Positions 1 to 8,994 of a stretch of DNA of 64,000 nucleotides are shown piece after piece. Both the position numbers and the translations under genes were made by a program. The notes beneath the pieces are model-generated. The model was not told where the DNA came from, ran no database searches, and saw only the letters and a list, made by a program, of their open reading frames with translations. Source of the DNA: Acidobacteriota bacterium (GTDB taxonomy: Bacteria > Acidobacteriota > Blastocatellia > RBC074); the NCBI GenBank assembly GCA_043718445.1, contig JAYSVR010000026.1:2900-66899 (forward strand), in the 5' to 3' direction. How positions within the stretch are numbered: position 1 is the stretch's first letter; the number at the start of each line of letters is the position of its first letter.

Positions 1-526
1 CAAGTTGTGCGGTACTCGCGCGCGCGGCGGTCAATTGTTGGCGTAATTCCTGTTCAGAGCTTTGAGGCGCTGACAACGCAGCACGCATTTGTGTTACTTC
101 GCTTTGCAGAGATACGAGCTTATAACCCAGCCCGCCGCCGCCAACGGCAATCAGTGTGCAGGCAGCACCTAAAGCATAGCCTCGTACCGGATAGCTCGCT
201 CTAAAAAAATCGCTGACCGATTGCAGCCAGCCAGGTTGTGACGACTCAACGGATTCTGCCGTGCTATCAAGCTGGCGCTGAAGAGCTTGCGCGAAGTGCA
301 ATTTTTGCCGGTGTTCGGGGGCGGATAAAAAATGCCGTTCGAACTGTAAGCGTTCCGCCGAAGACAGCGTCTGGCGAACATAAGCGTCGGTCAATTCGTC
401 TTCAGCGATCAATAACTGCTCGAATACTTCATCGTCGAGCATGATCTTTTGCTCAATTAACAATTGCTCTTTTTCAGCCAGCGTGCCGAGCAAGTACCGC
501 TTCAAGTTATTTTCGTCCCTATACAT
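1..526 (-). CDS. Membrane-anchored anti-sigma factor. Gene starts at ATG 524-526 and runs off the left window edge, so the C-terminus is missing.
   Basis: Manual translation of the minus strand gives MYRDENNLKRYLLGTLAEKEQLLIEQKIMLDDEVFEQLLIAEDELTDAYVRQTLSSAERLQFERHFL... followed by a hydrophobic segment GYALGAACTLIAVGGGGLGY. It lies 90 bp downstream of an ECF sigma gene on the same strand. It is not in the ORF track because no stop codon falls inside the window. Confidence 0.5.
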   Translation of the reverse strand, partial: MYRDENNLKRYLLGTLAEKEQLLIEQKIMLDDEVFEQLLIAEDELTDAYVRQTLSSAERLQFERHFLSAPEHRQKLHFAQALQRQLDSTAESVESSQPGWLQSVSDFFRASYPVRGYALGAACTLIAVGGGGLGYKLVSLQSEVTQMRAALSAPQSSEQELRQQLTAARASTAQL

Positions 527-619
527 TGGGCCTCTCTCCCGTCTTTTTTATGCGCTGGGGATAACGCTTCCATTGATTATTGCAATAAACGGCAATCCAT
601 TTCATGCCCCAACTCATGA

Positions 620-1174
620 CTATGATTGTGCCAGGCAATTCAGCAGGCATTCCTGCAACGTCGCGCGCATGCGAAAGACCTTGATTTTCAAGGCGTTGTC
701 CGTCAAACCGAACTCCACCGCCAAGGCTTTGCGCCGGTCAATTTTTGCCTGTTTTTCTTCGCGGTAATATTCCAGCAAAAGGCGGCGTTGCGGCAACGGC
801 AGGTTAGCCATACATCGATTCAAGCATTGGTCTGCGCGCTCTTTATCCTCGGCGGAACCGGGGTCAGGTGGCGATTCGGGTGGGGCAAGTGTGCTTTTAC
901 GCCGCCATTCGAGAAAGACGCGGTTTGCGACGCCAAAAAAATAAAGGGAAGGATCGCCTACGTAATCAGCCGCGAGGTCTGCTACTTTTTTACTTACGCG
1001 ATCAATGGTTTCATCGGCCAACTCTTCCGCTTCCCAACTGCCACGTGAGGCAAAAACCCTGATTAGCTTGCGACGAATTTCTTCGTATTTTTTCCCCGCG
1101 CACTCAGGATCAGGATCGAGCCAGTTGAGCAAGCGGCGCAATGTGTCGGCGTCTAATTTCCAGGGGGTCTTCAT
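620..1174 (-). CDS. ECF-type RNA polymerase sigma factor (sigma-70 regions 2 and 4)
   Basis: 184-aa ORF. A region-2-like segment (WEAEELADETIDRV..YFFGVANRVFLEWRR) and a region-4 HTH (LPLPQRRLLLEYY..LAVEFGLTDNALKIKVFRMRATL) are present. It is followed by a cognate anti-sigma gene. Confidence 0.7.
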   Translation of the reverse strand: MKTPWKLDADTLRRLLNWLDPDPECAGKKYEEIRRKLIRVFASRGSWEAEELADETIDRVSKKVADLAADYVGDPSLYFFGVANRVFLEWRRKSTLAPPESPPDPGSAEDKERADQCLNRCMANLPLPQRRLLLEYYREEKQAKIDRRKALAVEFGLTDNALKIKVFRMRATLQECLLNCLAQS

Positions 1175-1599
1175 CGAGGCGAATTATTCACTATATCCCT
1201 GTGAACGCCAAGCGCTCAGGGCGTTTTTGAAGCGGCAGGCCGGTATTCCAATCTGGACATCAACAAGCAGCGGTGAGTCACACTTGAGCAGTGCCGCGAT
1301 CACTATTTTAAGCCTGCATCGGCTTTCAAAGGGCTGAGACATCTTACGAATGCCGCTCACACATAACGGCCACGCATGCACCAAGTAATAGGCGGGTTAA
1401 GTTTAACTGGTAAGCTCATCAACTATTTTCAATCAGTAACTCATCAAGAATATGCACTTTACCCAACGGGTGTATCGCCTGCAAGATTCATGATTGACTT
1501 GAGGGACGGGCGAATTGTGCTGTTGGCTCCGATGTTGCCGCAGGTAGACCATAACTTACACGATCTCTCAATTGCCTTCGGGATGAATCATTTGAGCAA

Positions 1600-4500
1600 T
1601 TAAAAGCTATGGCCGAGGTATTCACCCTGTAACACGAAGGCTGCCCAGTGGAAAGGCGGGTTGCCTTGCCGCCACATTTCGAGTTGAGCTTCGCGCAAGG
1701 CGGCGGCGGGGGTGAGTTTTTCGTGGAAAAGCCGCCGGTAAAAGGCCTTCATAAATTCCGCCGTAGCCTCGTCATTCACCTTCCATAAGCTCGCCATCAC
1801 ACGCGGAGCGCCCGCGTACATAAAGCCGCGCGTCAAGGCGACCAGCCCTTCGCCCTTGATGTCTTTGCCGAGCGCCGTGTCGCAGGCGCTCAGTACGATC
1901 AACTCAGCGGGCAGCTTCAAATTGTAAATGTCGTGCAAGCGCAGAAAGCCGTCTTGCGGTTGTCCGTGCATATCGAACTGCGAAAGCGCTACGCCCGAAA
2001 GCGCGGGGCGTTGGCTGTCGAGCAGCCCATGCGTAGCGAAATGGATGATTCGATATTGGCTCAACTCGTTTCCCGTCACGAACCCACGATTGACCGCGAA
2101 GCCTTGCACGAGATGAGCGGAGTTATCCGACGCGACCGCGAGAATGGCTTCGGCTTCTTCGCGCGTACCAGGCAAGCGGGACAGCCCACCTTCGCGGTTA
2201 GTCGCGGGGCGAGTTTTTTTGTTTGCGCCGAAACGATCATCATCTTTGCCAAAGACCGGATCAGCCAGGATTGCCAGACTTTTTTGCGCTGACTTGCGCT
2301 GACTGGTTTCGCTGCGCACCAAAGCCAGCGTCGAGGCCGACGGCAAACTGATAATCTCGTGTTGAACAAGCAGCGGTTGGCTTAACTGTCTGGTGGCCTC
2401 TGAGGGTTCAGGCAAAGCTGCGAACGGCACGTATTGCAATGCCCCTTCGCTGACCACGATCAATCGTTTTTTGCCAAGTCGCGCAGCCAGCGGGGTCAAC
2501 ACCATACGGCTCAATTCCTCCGCCGCCAGTGCGTATTGCGCGTCGTTGTCAGCAAAGCGCGCGCGACGTTGCTTGAGCGATTCATTCGCTACGGGCTGGC
2601 GCGCGACGAGCAGTTCATAAACGCGACGCGCAGCCTTTTCGATCTGCGCACGCGCGGGTAACTCAAAACTAGCAATCTCATGTTTGGTTACGGCCCAGAC
2701 GTAGCTGCGCTGTTCGCCAAGCGCGTATTCCAACAAGAGGGTGTCGTCATCCAGCACCGAGTTTTGAATCGCGGCGAGGTCGAGCGGCTGGGGTTGGGTC
2801 AACGCTGCGTATCGCGGACTGCGCGCGCGCATCTGCGCCTGTACGTCATCAAATTGCGCGGTCAACGCAGAGATTTCCGTCTCAACCGCCGCCAATTCCC
2901 CTTCTTTCGGCGTGCCGCCATTCAGCCGCATCAAGCGGTCTGCCTTGCCGTTGACTTGCTGCCGCAAGGCGCGCTCGCGCTGCATTAATTCTGGATCAAC
3001 ACTTTGACGCAAATTGGCGCTCGCTTCTGTCAACAACTCCAACATGCTGCGCGCCCTTGACCGCTCGCTCGCCGCCAGCGCCAGCGCGTCGTAACCTTGT
3101 GACGGCTGCTGCCGATGCAGGTTCATCAGCACCTCAATCTGCAATTGGTGATACTGGTAAATCGAAGCCGAGTATGAGGTACGCAACTCCTGGCTGAAGA
3201 CTTTGGCGCGGAGCGATTCGCTCAACGCCAGTGCGGCTTCAATCTGCGCGCGCGCTGCTAGTAAGTCCGCTCGATCAAGTTCAACCAGCGCCAGATGGTA
3301 ACGCGTCTGCGATTCGCCGAAACGGTCACTCACCACTTGATTGAGCGCCAGCGCCTGCCGGTAAAATTCGAGCGCCTGTTCCTGCTGGTTTAGCGCACGA
3401 TACGCATCCCCTAAGTCGTTAAGCAGGTAAGCTTCGCCTTGCCGATTGCCGACTTTCTGAGAGAGTAGCAGCGCCTTTTGATAAGTAGAGAGAGCTTGCT
3501 GCTGTTCTCCTAACGCGGCATAGGCGCGCCCACTGTTGATGAGTGCGTAGGACTCATACCGTTGAAGATCAAACGTCCGAAGGAGCGGCAAAGCTTGCTG
3601 GTAATAATTCAGCGCCTTCAGGTGATCGCCCATGGTGTAATGCGCCTCACCAATTTGTGCGAGTACTGCTGCTACTCCTTGGTTGAAGCCTTTCACTTGC
3701 CACAACTTCAGCACGTTTTCGTAAGTGTTCAAAGCACGCTGGGACTCGCCCAGTGCAAGGTAGTCATAAGCTGAATTTCCAGAGGTTGTAGCTTCCCACA
3801 GTTGGTTACCCATCATTTTGAAGAGCAAGGCGGCTTGTGTATAGCAATTCAGCGCTTCCTGCTTCTCACCTATCCGCGAATTAAGTTGCCCCAACGCCGT
3901 AAGGGTTAAAGCTTCACCACGTCGGTGCCCAGTCTCGCGCCACAAAGCGAGTGAGCGTGCATAATAGTCAAAAGCTCCTTGCGCATTGCCGATGTCAGAG
4001 TGTGTATAACCAAAATTTAACAAGATGGTTGCGAACAAGCGGCGATCATTAAGCACATGGCAAAGTGCCAATGCTTGCTCGAGAAATTTGAGCGCCTGCT
4101 CCTTCTCGTCTCTCCAGTCGTAATAAGCTCCCATATTGTTGAGCGCACGCGCTTCCCCCATTTTATCACCAGCAATACGACTCAAATGCAGCGCCTGCGT
4201 GGCGCTTTCCAACGCCTGTTGAGGCTGGGCCAAGTAAAGATAGACGTTGCTCATTTGGTTGAGCGTCTCGGCATGGCTGCGGGCATCCTCGTGCCTGACG
4301 TTGAGCGTGAGCGCGCGTTGATAAAAGCTGATCGCCGTTGGTAGCTCACCTAATGAATAATAGGTCGCTCCGATCCCACGCAGCGCATAAATCATACGCC
4401 GCTGATCGCCGAGTGAGTGCCAAAGGGTGAGTGCAGTTTGATATTTCTGAATCGCTTGACGGCTGGCCTGCGCTTCCCAGGTTTCGTATAGCTGCTCCGC

Positions 4501-5085
4501 TACGGCCTCAGTCATTTCCGCCGCGATCAGCTGCCGATCTTGCGCTGTAGCCTGACGCAATTCTGCGATTTTCACAGAATAGGCTCCAGCCTGCGCCACT
4601 GTTTCAAGCGAGCGCACTGTGAGCAGGTAGGTACCAGAAACCTCAATCAGCGCCGAAAGTGATCGTGTATGAACATCACGGCAGTTCAGGTTACGTACTT
4701 GTCGGCCACGTGGAGTTGAAAGCGCAAGGTTAACGGCAATCCCCAGCGGTTCGATGGTCAACCTCAAATACTGCCCGGCTTTCAGTGCGAGGAGATAGGT
4801 ATGCTTGTCGGTTTGCCCAAGTGCGCGTTGCACCGGTTGAGCCGGGACAAGAAACAAAAGTTCCAGAGGGCGTTCAGTAGTTGCCCTGGGCAAGGATTGA
4901 CAGCGCACAGGGGTACGAAGCAAAGCCAGCAAACAAAGCAGGCTTATGAATAGCGCTAACCGGCAAAAAATCTTGCGAGGGGAGGAGGTCACTATCGCAG
5001 TAGTGTCCTCCCCTTGCCGCACCTCGGCACAACACGGTAATGCATAATAGTGTAGGCGATATTTAGCACTGCTTGTCATTACCAA
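1600..5085 (-). CDS. TPR-repeat protein with C-terminal CHAT (caspase-HetF-like) protease domain. It has an N-terminal hydrophobic anchor or signal.
   Basis: 1161-aa ORF. There are about 12 TPR-like repeats (recurring ALNNMGAYY / AL..Y.QAL motifs, aa 200-650). The C-terminus has the CHAT His/Cys dyad motifs IIHFATHG and LIVLSACDTALG. A hydrophobic stretch LALFISLLCLLALL lies near the N-terminus. The start overlaps the stop of the upstream C11 peptidase gene. Confidence 0.85.
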   Translation of the reverse strand: MVMTSSAKYRLHYYALPCCAEVRQGEDTTAIVTSSPRKIFCRLALFISLLCLLALLRTPVRCQSLPRATTERPLELLFLVPAQPVQRALGQTDKHTYLLALKAGQYLRLTIEPLGIAVNLALSTPRGRQVRNLNCRDVHTRSLSALIEVSGTYLLTVRSLETVAQAGAYSVKIAELRQATAQDRQLIAAEMTEAVAEQLYETWEAQASRQAIQKYQTALTLWHSLGDQRRMIYALRGIGATYYSLGELPTAISFYQRALTLNVRHEDARSHAETLNQMSNVYLYLAQPQQALESATQALHLSRIAGDKMGEARALNNMGAYYDWRDEKEQALKFLEQALALCHVLNDRRLFATILLNFGYTHSDIGNAQGAFDYYARSLALWRETGHRRGEALTLTALGQLNSRIGEKQEALNCYTQAALLFKMMGNQLWEATTSGNSAYDYLALGESQRALNTYENVLKLWQVKGFNQGVAAVLAQIGEAHYTMGDHLKALNYYQQALPLLRTFDLQRYESYALINSGRAYAALGEQQQALSTYQKALLLSQKVGNRQGEAYLLNDLGDAYRALNQQEQALEFYRQALALNQVVSDRFGESQTRYHLALVELDRADLLAARAQIEAALALSESLRAKVFSQELRTSYSASIYQYHQLQIEVLMNLHRQQPSQGYDALALAASERSRARSMLELLTEASANLRQSVDPELMQRERALRQQVNGKADRLMRLNGGTPKEGELAAVETEISALTAQFDDVQAQMRARSPRYAALTQPQPLDLAAIQNSVLDDDTLLLEYALGEQRSYVWAVTKHEIASFELPARAQIEKAARRVYELLVARQPVANESLKQRRARFADNDAQYALAAEELSRMVLTPLAARLGKKRLIVVSEGALQYVPFAALPEPSEATRQLSQPLLVQHEIISLPSASTLALVRSETSQRKSAQKSLAILADPVFGKDDDRFGANKKTRPATNREGGLSRLPGTREEAEAILAVASDNSAHLVQGFAVNRGFVTGNELSQYRIIHFATHGLLDSQRPALSGVALSQFDMHGQPQDGFLRLHDIYNLKLPAELIVLSACDTALGKDIKGEGLVALTRGFMYAGAPRVMASLWKVNDEATAEFMKAFYRRLFHEKLTPAAALREAQLEMWRQGNPPFHWAAFVLQGEYLGHSF

Positions 5086-6593
5086 GTCTCTCTAAAAAAC
5101 TCTACGGGCGGATTTTTCACTTTTGCCGCCATATCGCTGCCGCCTTTACTGCCAGGCTCAAGGAAGCGCACCCCAACCCGCGTATCATCTGTTGGGATGA
5201 AGCACAGCGGTGTCTTTCCTTTATGCCGCTCCAGATCCTCATTGCGAATATCTCGGCGCGAAGCCTTCAGGTATTCTTCAATGAAGTTACCCCAACCTGT
5301 CTGCCTGGAAAATTTGAGTTTCTTGTACTCGACTAATTCTTCAAACTTCTCTATCTTTTGCGTGTCTGCCGCCCAGGGTAAATAGATCGAAACCCCGTGC
5401 GAGTGTTGAAATGCCGCGCCGTTGAAACAAGAACTCAACACAAATTTGGGAATATTTTTTTCCGAGTTGCCATCAATGACGTCATTGACAGATCGGCATG
5501 CCTCCTGAATTTTTTCGCTGGCTCCTACTCTGATCAACTGAGCGCAAAAATCCCAGAGGTCTACATAACGCTCGGCGTGGTAAGACTGGGCGTACCAATG
5601 CGCCAGTAAGATTGCATTGAGGGTAGTCTCTTGTTTGAGGGCGGCCTCTTGTTTGAGCGCTTCGGTTAAAGCCTCCTGCAACCCTTTCACAGCTTTGACT
5701 AGAGCGGGGCTTTGCTTCAAGTCACAGACTGCTTGGTCTACCGATACGCCACCCACCTCGTAATCCGAGTAATAGCGCACATACTTGTTTACTAACGAGC
5801 ACGCAAGCTTAACCGTGTCTGCCTCGTTATCACTCGCCTCATTCTGACTGGTATCGCTTGTACTGACTGCCTCGTTCAAGGTCTCCAAAATGCGGTGATA
5901 AGGCCAACCCGTACTCAATTCAAACCCTTCGGCTCCGATCACTAAGTCAACAAAGCCTGACAACTCGTGCGCCACTTCCGCCATGCTCATCAGGCAACTA
6001 TCCATCAACACAATATCTATCTTGCGTGGGAGCTTTTGGAACACCGCGCGCAAGTCGGAAATCGACAGTGAGGCTGCCGGGTTGTTACTTTTCAAAAAAG
6101 GGCCGACGGCTCCACTCCCGTGCCCCGAAAGAATCACCAATTGGCCCGTGCCTTGCGCCGAATTCGATTCGATGCTCGATACTAGAAACGCTTCCAACAC
6201 ATCCGGGTTGGAAGCGCTCATCAGTTCTGCTTTGGTGAGAGTGCGCACGGACAGCTTGCCATCGACTGCGTTTTTTTTCTTAGCCGATTGCTGGTGAGGC
6301 TGGGGCAGGATGGGAACTTTTTCACTGGGTTTAAGTTCTCCATCTTTATCCCCAATCGGGGAGGAAATAAGTCCTGTTTGCCCAGTTGCCAGATCGTGCT
6401 TTCTGATCGTGTAGCGGCTGGGTAGAGTGTCTTTGGCGCTGGAATGAAATTGGGCGATTACCTTAACTCCTTCGGCGGTGCCGACGCGTTGCATTTCTTT
6501 GAGCGAGAAAATGCATTCTTCGCTCAGGCTGTTGTCGGCGGCCATGTAAACCATGACATTCCAATTCTTGTTTTCGGACTTGAGGGATTTCAT
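5079..6593 (-). CDS. Peptidase C11 (clostripain-like) family cysteine protease, with no signal peptide
   Basis: NWNVMVYMAADNSLSEE resembles the clostripain N-terminal motif. The catalytic His lies in VILSGHGSG and the Cys in IVLMDSCLMS. The track ORF extends to 6830, but AAAGGAGAG precedes ATG at 6591-6593 (MKSLKSENK), making that the likely start. Confidence 0.75.
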   Translation of the reverse strand: MKSLKSENKNWNVMVYMAADNSLSEECIFSLKEMQRVGTAEGVKVIAQFHSSAKDTLPSRYTIRKHDLATGQTGLISSPIGDKDGELKPSEKVPILPQPHQQSAKKKNAVDGKLSVRTLTKAELMSASNPDVLEAFLVSSIESNSAQGTGQLVILSGHGSGAVGPFLKSNNPAASLSISDLRAVFQKLPRKIDIVLMDSCLMSMAEVAHELSGFVDLVIGAEGFELSTGWPYHRILETLNEAVSTSDTSQNEASDNEADTVKLACSLVNKYVRYYSDYEVGGVSVDQAVCDLKQSPALVKAVKGLQEALTEALKQEAALKQETTLNAILLAHWYAQSYHAERYVDLWDFCAQLIRVGASEKIQEACRSVNDVIDGNSEKNIPKFVLSSCFNGAAFQHSHGVSIYLPWAADTQKIEKFEELVEYKKLKFSRQTGWGNFIEEYLKASRRDIRNEDLERHKGKTPLCFIPTDDTRVGVRFLEPGSKGGSDMAAKVKNPPVEFFRETW

Positions 6594-7047
6594 CTTTAGC
6601 TCTCCTTTTAAATAGTTCAGGTTTGGTTGAATGCGGCGGGCTGACCACGCTTGATCAGCCGCAACCGTGATATGGGTGAACGGCAGGACAATGACTGAAT
6701 CAATGCCCCAAAGGATGAATCGCAATGAACGCAGCGCGCGCTCGACGAAAAGTAGCTCATTAGCATTGAGCCAGACGTAAACTGCTGTTTGGATAAGGCT
6801 GCCTCGGATTCGGCGGGCGCAAAATAGCACGGAGGTGGCGGTGGGTCTACTGCTCGCGGCACATTACAAATCTTTGTAGCTAATTCGCTCCGATAATTCA
6901 GACCAACGCGAAGACAGCATTTCAGCCTCTGCTGCTTGAGCCATTGATCTAAGCCACGGCTGAGACAATACTGTTATGGCAGTTTCAAAACAGCTTTCCT
7001 GTCAGGAGAGTTCGCCTTTACTACCACCAACCTTCATCGAGGAAACC

Positions 7048-8790
7048 ATGAACCGTCTTTTTGTCCCGCTGGCCGCCGCGTTATTGATTTTTGCCACCTT
7101 CGCGCAAAGCGGAGCTTCATCGGCATCACAAAATTCCCAACGCCCCAACATCATCGTGATTATGTCGGATGACATGGGCTATTCAGATTTGGGTTGTTAT
7201 GGCGGAGAAATCAATACGCCAAATCTGGATGCGTTGGCGAAAGGCGGTGTGCGCTTCACGCAGTTTTACAACACGGCGCGTTGTTGCCCTACGCGGGCGA
7301 GCTTGCTGACGGGTTTGTATCCGCATCAGGCCGGCATCGGACACATGATGGAAGACAAAGGCCACGACGGTTATCGCGGCGATTTGAATGAACAGTGCGT
7401 GACGATGGCCGAGGCGTTGCGTCCGGCGAGCTATGCGACTTATGCCGTAGGAAAATGGCACGTCACCAAAGCCGTCAACCCCAAGTCAGAAGCTGAAAAA
7501 CACAACTGGCCGATGCAACGCGGCTTTGATCGTTTTTATGGCACGATCACGGGCGGCGGCAGCTTTTGGGATCCGTCCACGCTGACGCGCGACAACACCA
7601 TGACGACGATTTATGCCGACGCGGAATATCAACCAAAAGAACAGTTCTATTACACCGACGCGCTCAGCGATAACGCAGTGAAATTCATCGGCGAGAATCA
7701 GGCGACGAAACCGTTTTTCATGTATCTGACTTACACCGCCGCGCACTGGCCGATGCACGCGCGCGAACGTGACATTGCGAAATACAAAGGCAAGTACGAT
7801 CTGGGCTACGCGCCCATGCGCAAGGCGCGTTACGAACGCATGAAGAAGATGGGTTTGATTGATCCGCGTTGGGCGCTGTCGCCGCCAGCAGGCGAGTGGG
7901 ACAAAGTGAAAGACAAAGCGTGGGAAGCGCGCACGATGGAAGTTTACGCCGCGATGATTGACTCGATGGATCAAGGCATCGGGCGCATCATCGCCGAACT
8001 CAAACGGCGCGGACAGTTCGACAATACGTTGATCTTGTTTATGCAAGACAACGGCGCTTGTGCCGAAGTCACCGGACGCAATCTGGCGGGGCCAAATGCG
8101 CCGAACTCATATCACGCGCGGCCTGACCAAGCGGTTTATCCCGCCGTAGCCAAAGACGCGCAGCATTATTTCGCTTCGATGCCCAAACAGACACGTGACG
8201 GACGCGCAGTGATTTTAGGGCCGAACGTATTGGCAGGGCCTGATGATACGTTTATCGCTTATGGGCAAGGCTGGGCGAACGCGAGCAATACGCCGTTTCG
8301 TGAATACAAACACTGGAATCACGAAGGCGGAATCTCTTCGCCATTGATTGCGCACTGGCCGAAAGGCATTGCGACTAAACAACACAATCAATACATCAAA
8401 ACGCCGAGCCACTTGATTGACATCATGGCGACCGTCGTTGACGTAGGCGCAGCGAAGTATCCGACCGAACACAAAGGCCAACAGATTCAGCCGATGGAAG
8501 GCGTGAGTTTGCGTCCGGCGTTCACGGGCAAAACCATTCAACGCGCGCAACCGATCTTTTGGGAACACGAAGGCAATCGCGCGATTCGTGCCGGGCAATG
8601 GAAGCTCGTCGCCAAAGAAAACCAGCCGTGGGAACTTTATGACATCGCCGCCGACCGCAGCGAGATGAATAACCTCGCTGATAAACAGCCTGAGCAAGTG
8701 AAAGAGCTGTCGGCGCAATGGGACGTATGGGCTGCGCGGGCGAAGGTGTTGCCGTTGGGCACGTGGCGTGCGCAACCGACACGGCGTTGA
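7048..8790 (+). CDS. Arylsulfatase (Cys-type sulfatase, formylglycine motif CCPTR)
   Basis: SDDMGYSDLGCYGG...ARCCPTRASLLTG matches the canonical sulfatase signature. A signal peptide MNRLFVPLAAALLIFATFAQS is present. The track start is 6976, but GAGGAA precedes ATG at 7048. Confidence 0.85.
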   Translation: MNRLFVPLAAALLIFATFAQSGASSASQNSQRPNIIVIMSDDMGYSDLGCYGGEINTPNLDALAKGGVRFTQFYNTARCCPTRASLLTGLYPHQAGIGHMMEDKGHDGYRGDLNEQCVTMAEALRPASYATYAVGKWHVTKAVNPKSEAEKHNWPMQRGFDRFYGTITGGGSFWDPSTLTRDNTMTTIYADAEYQPKEQFYYTDALSDNAVKFIGENQATKPFFMYLTYTAAHWPMHARERDIAKYKGKYDLGYAPMRKARYERMKKMGLIDPRWALSPPAGEWDKVKDKAWEARTMEVYAAMIDSMDQGIGRIIAELKRRGQFDNTLILFMQDNGACAEVTGRNLAGPNAPNSYHARPDQAVYPAVAKDAQHYFASMPKQTRDGRAVILGPNVLAGPDDTFIAYGQGWANASNTPFREYKHWNHEGGISSPLIAHWPKGIATKQHNQYIKTPSHLIDIMATVVDVGAAKYPTEHKGQQIQPMEGVSLRPAFTGKTIQRAQPIFWEHEGNRAIRAGQWKLVAKENQPWELYDIAADRSEMNNLADKQPEQVKELSAQWDVWAARAKVLPLGTWRAQPTRR

Positions 8791-8994
8791 GCCTTGCGTT
8801 TTTTCAGCAACGGCGTGAAGCTGCGCGCCACATCAGTAACAAAGTCTTACTTCTAAATTCGGTAGTTAACCAAGTCCCTGGCAGTTGCTTCTGGCAATCA
8901 ACTGTCAGGAAAGTAACAACTCGCTGGCCGACGAAAAGTCGCACGGCGGCTTCGTGCTTTCACCAATAACTCAATTGCTATCAGAGGAGTCCCA

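Noticed and set aside
5079-6830. Long N-terminal extension of the C11 peptidase ORF (track start at 6830)
   Set aside because: The extension (MLFCARRIRGSL...) has no protein-like features. A strong AAAGGAGAG Shine-Dalgarno precedes the internal ATG at 6593, where the conserved clostripain N-terminal motif begins.
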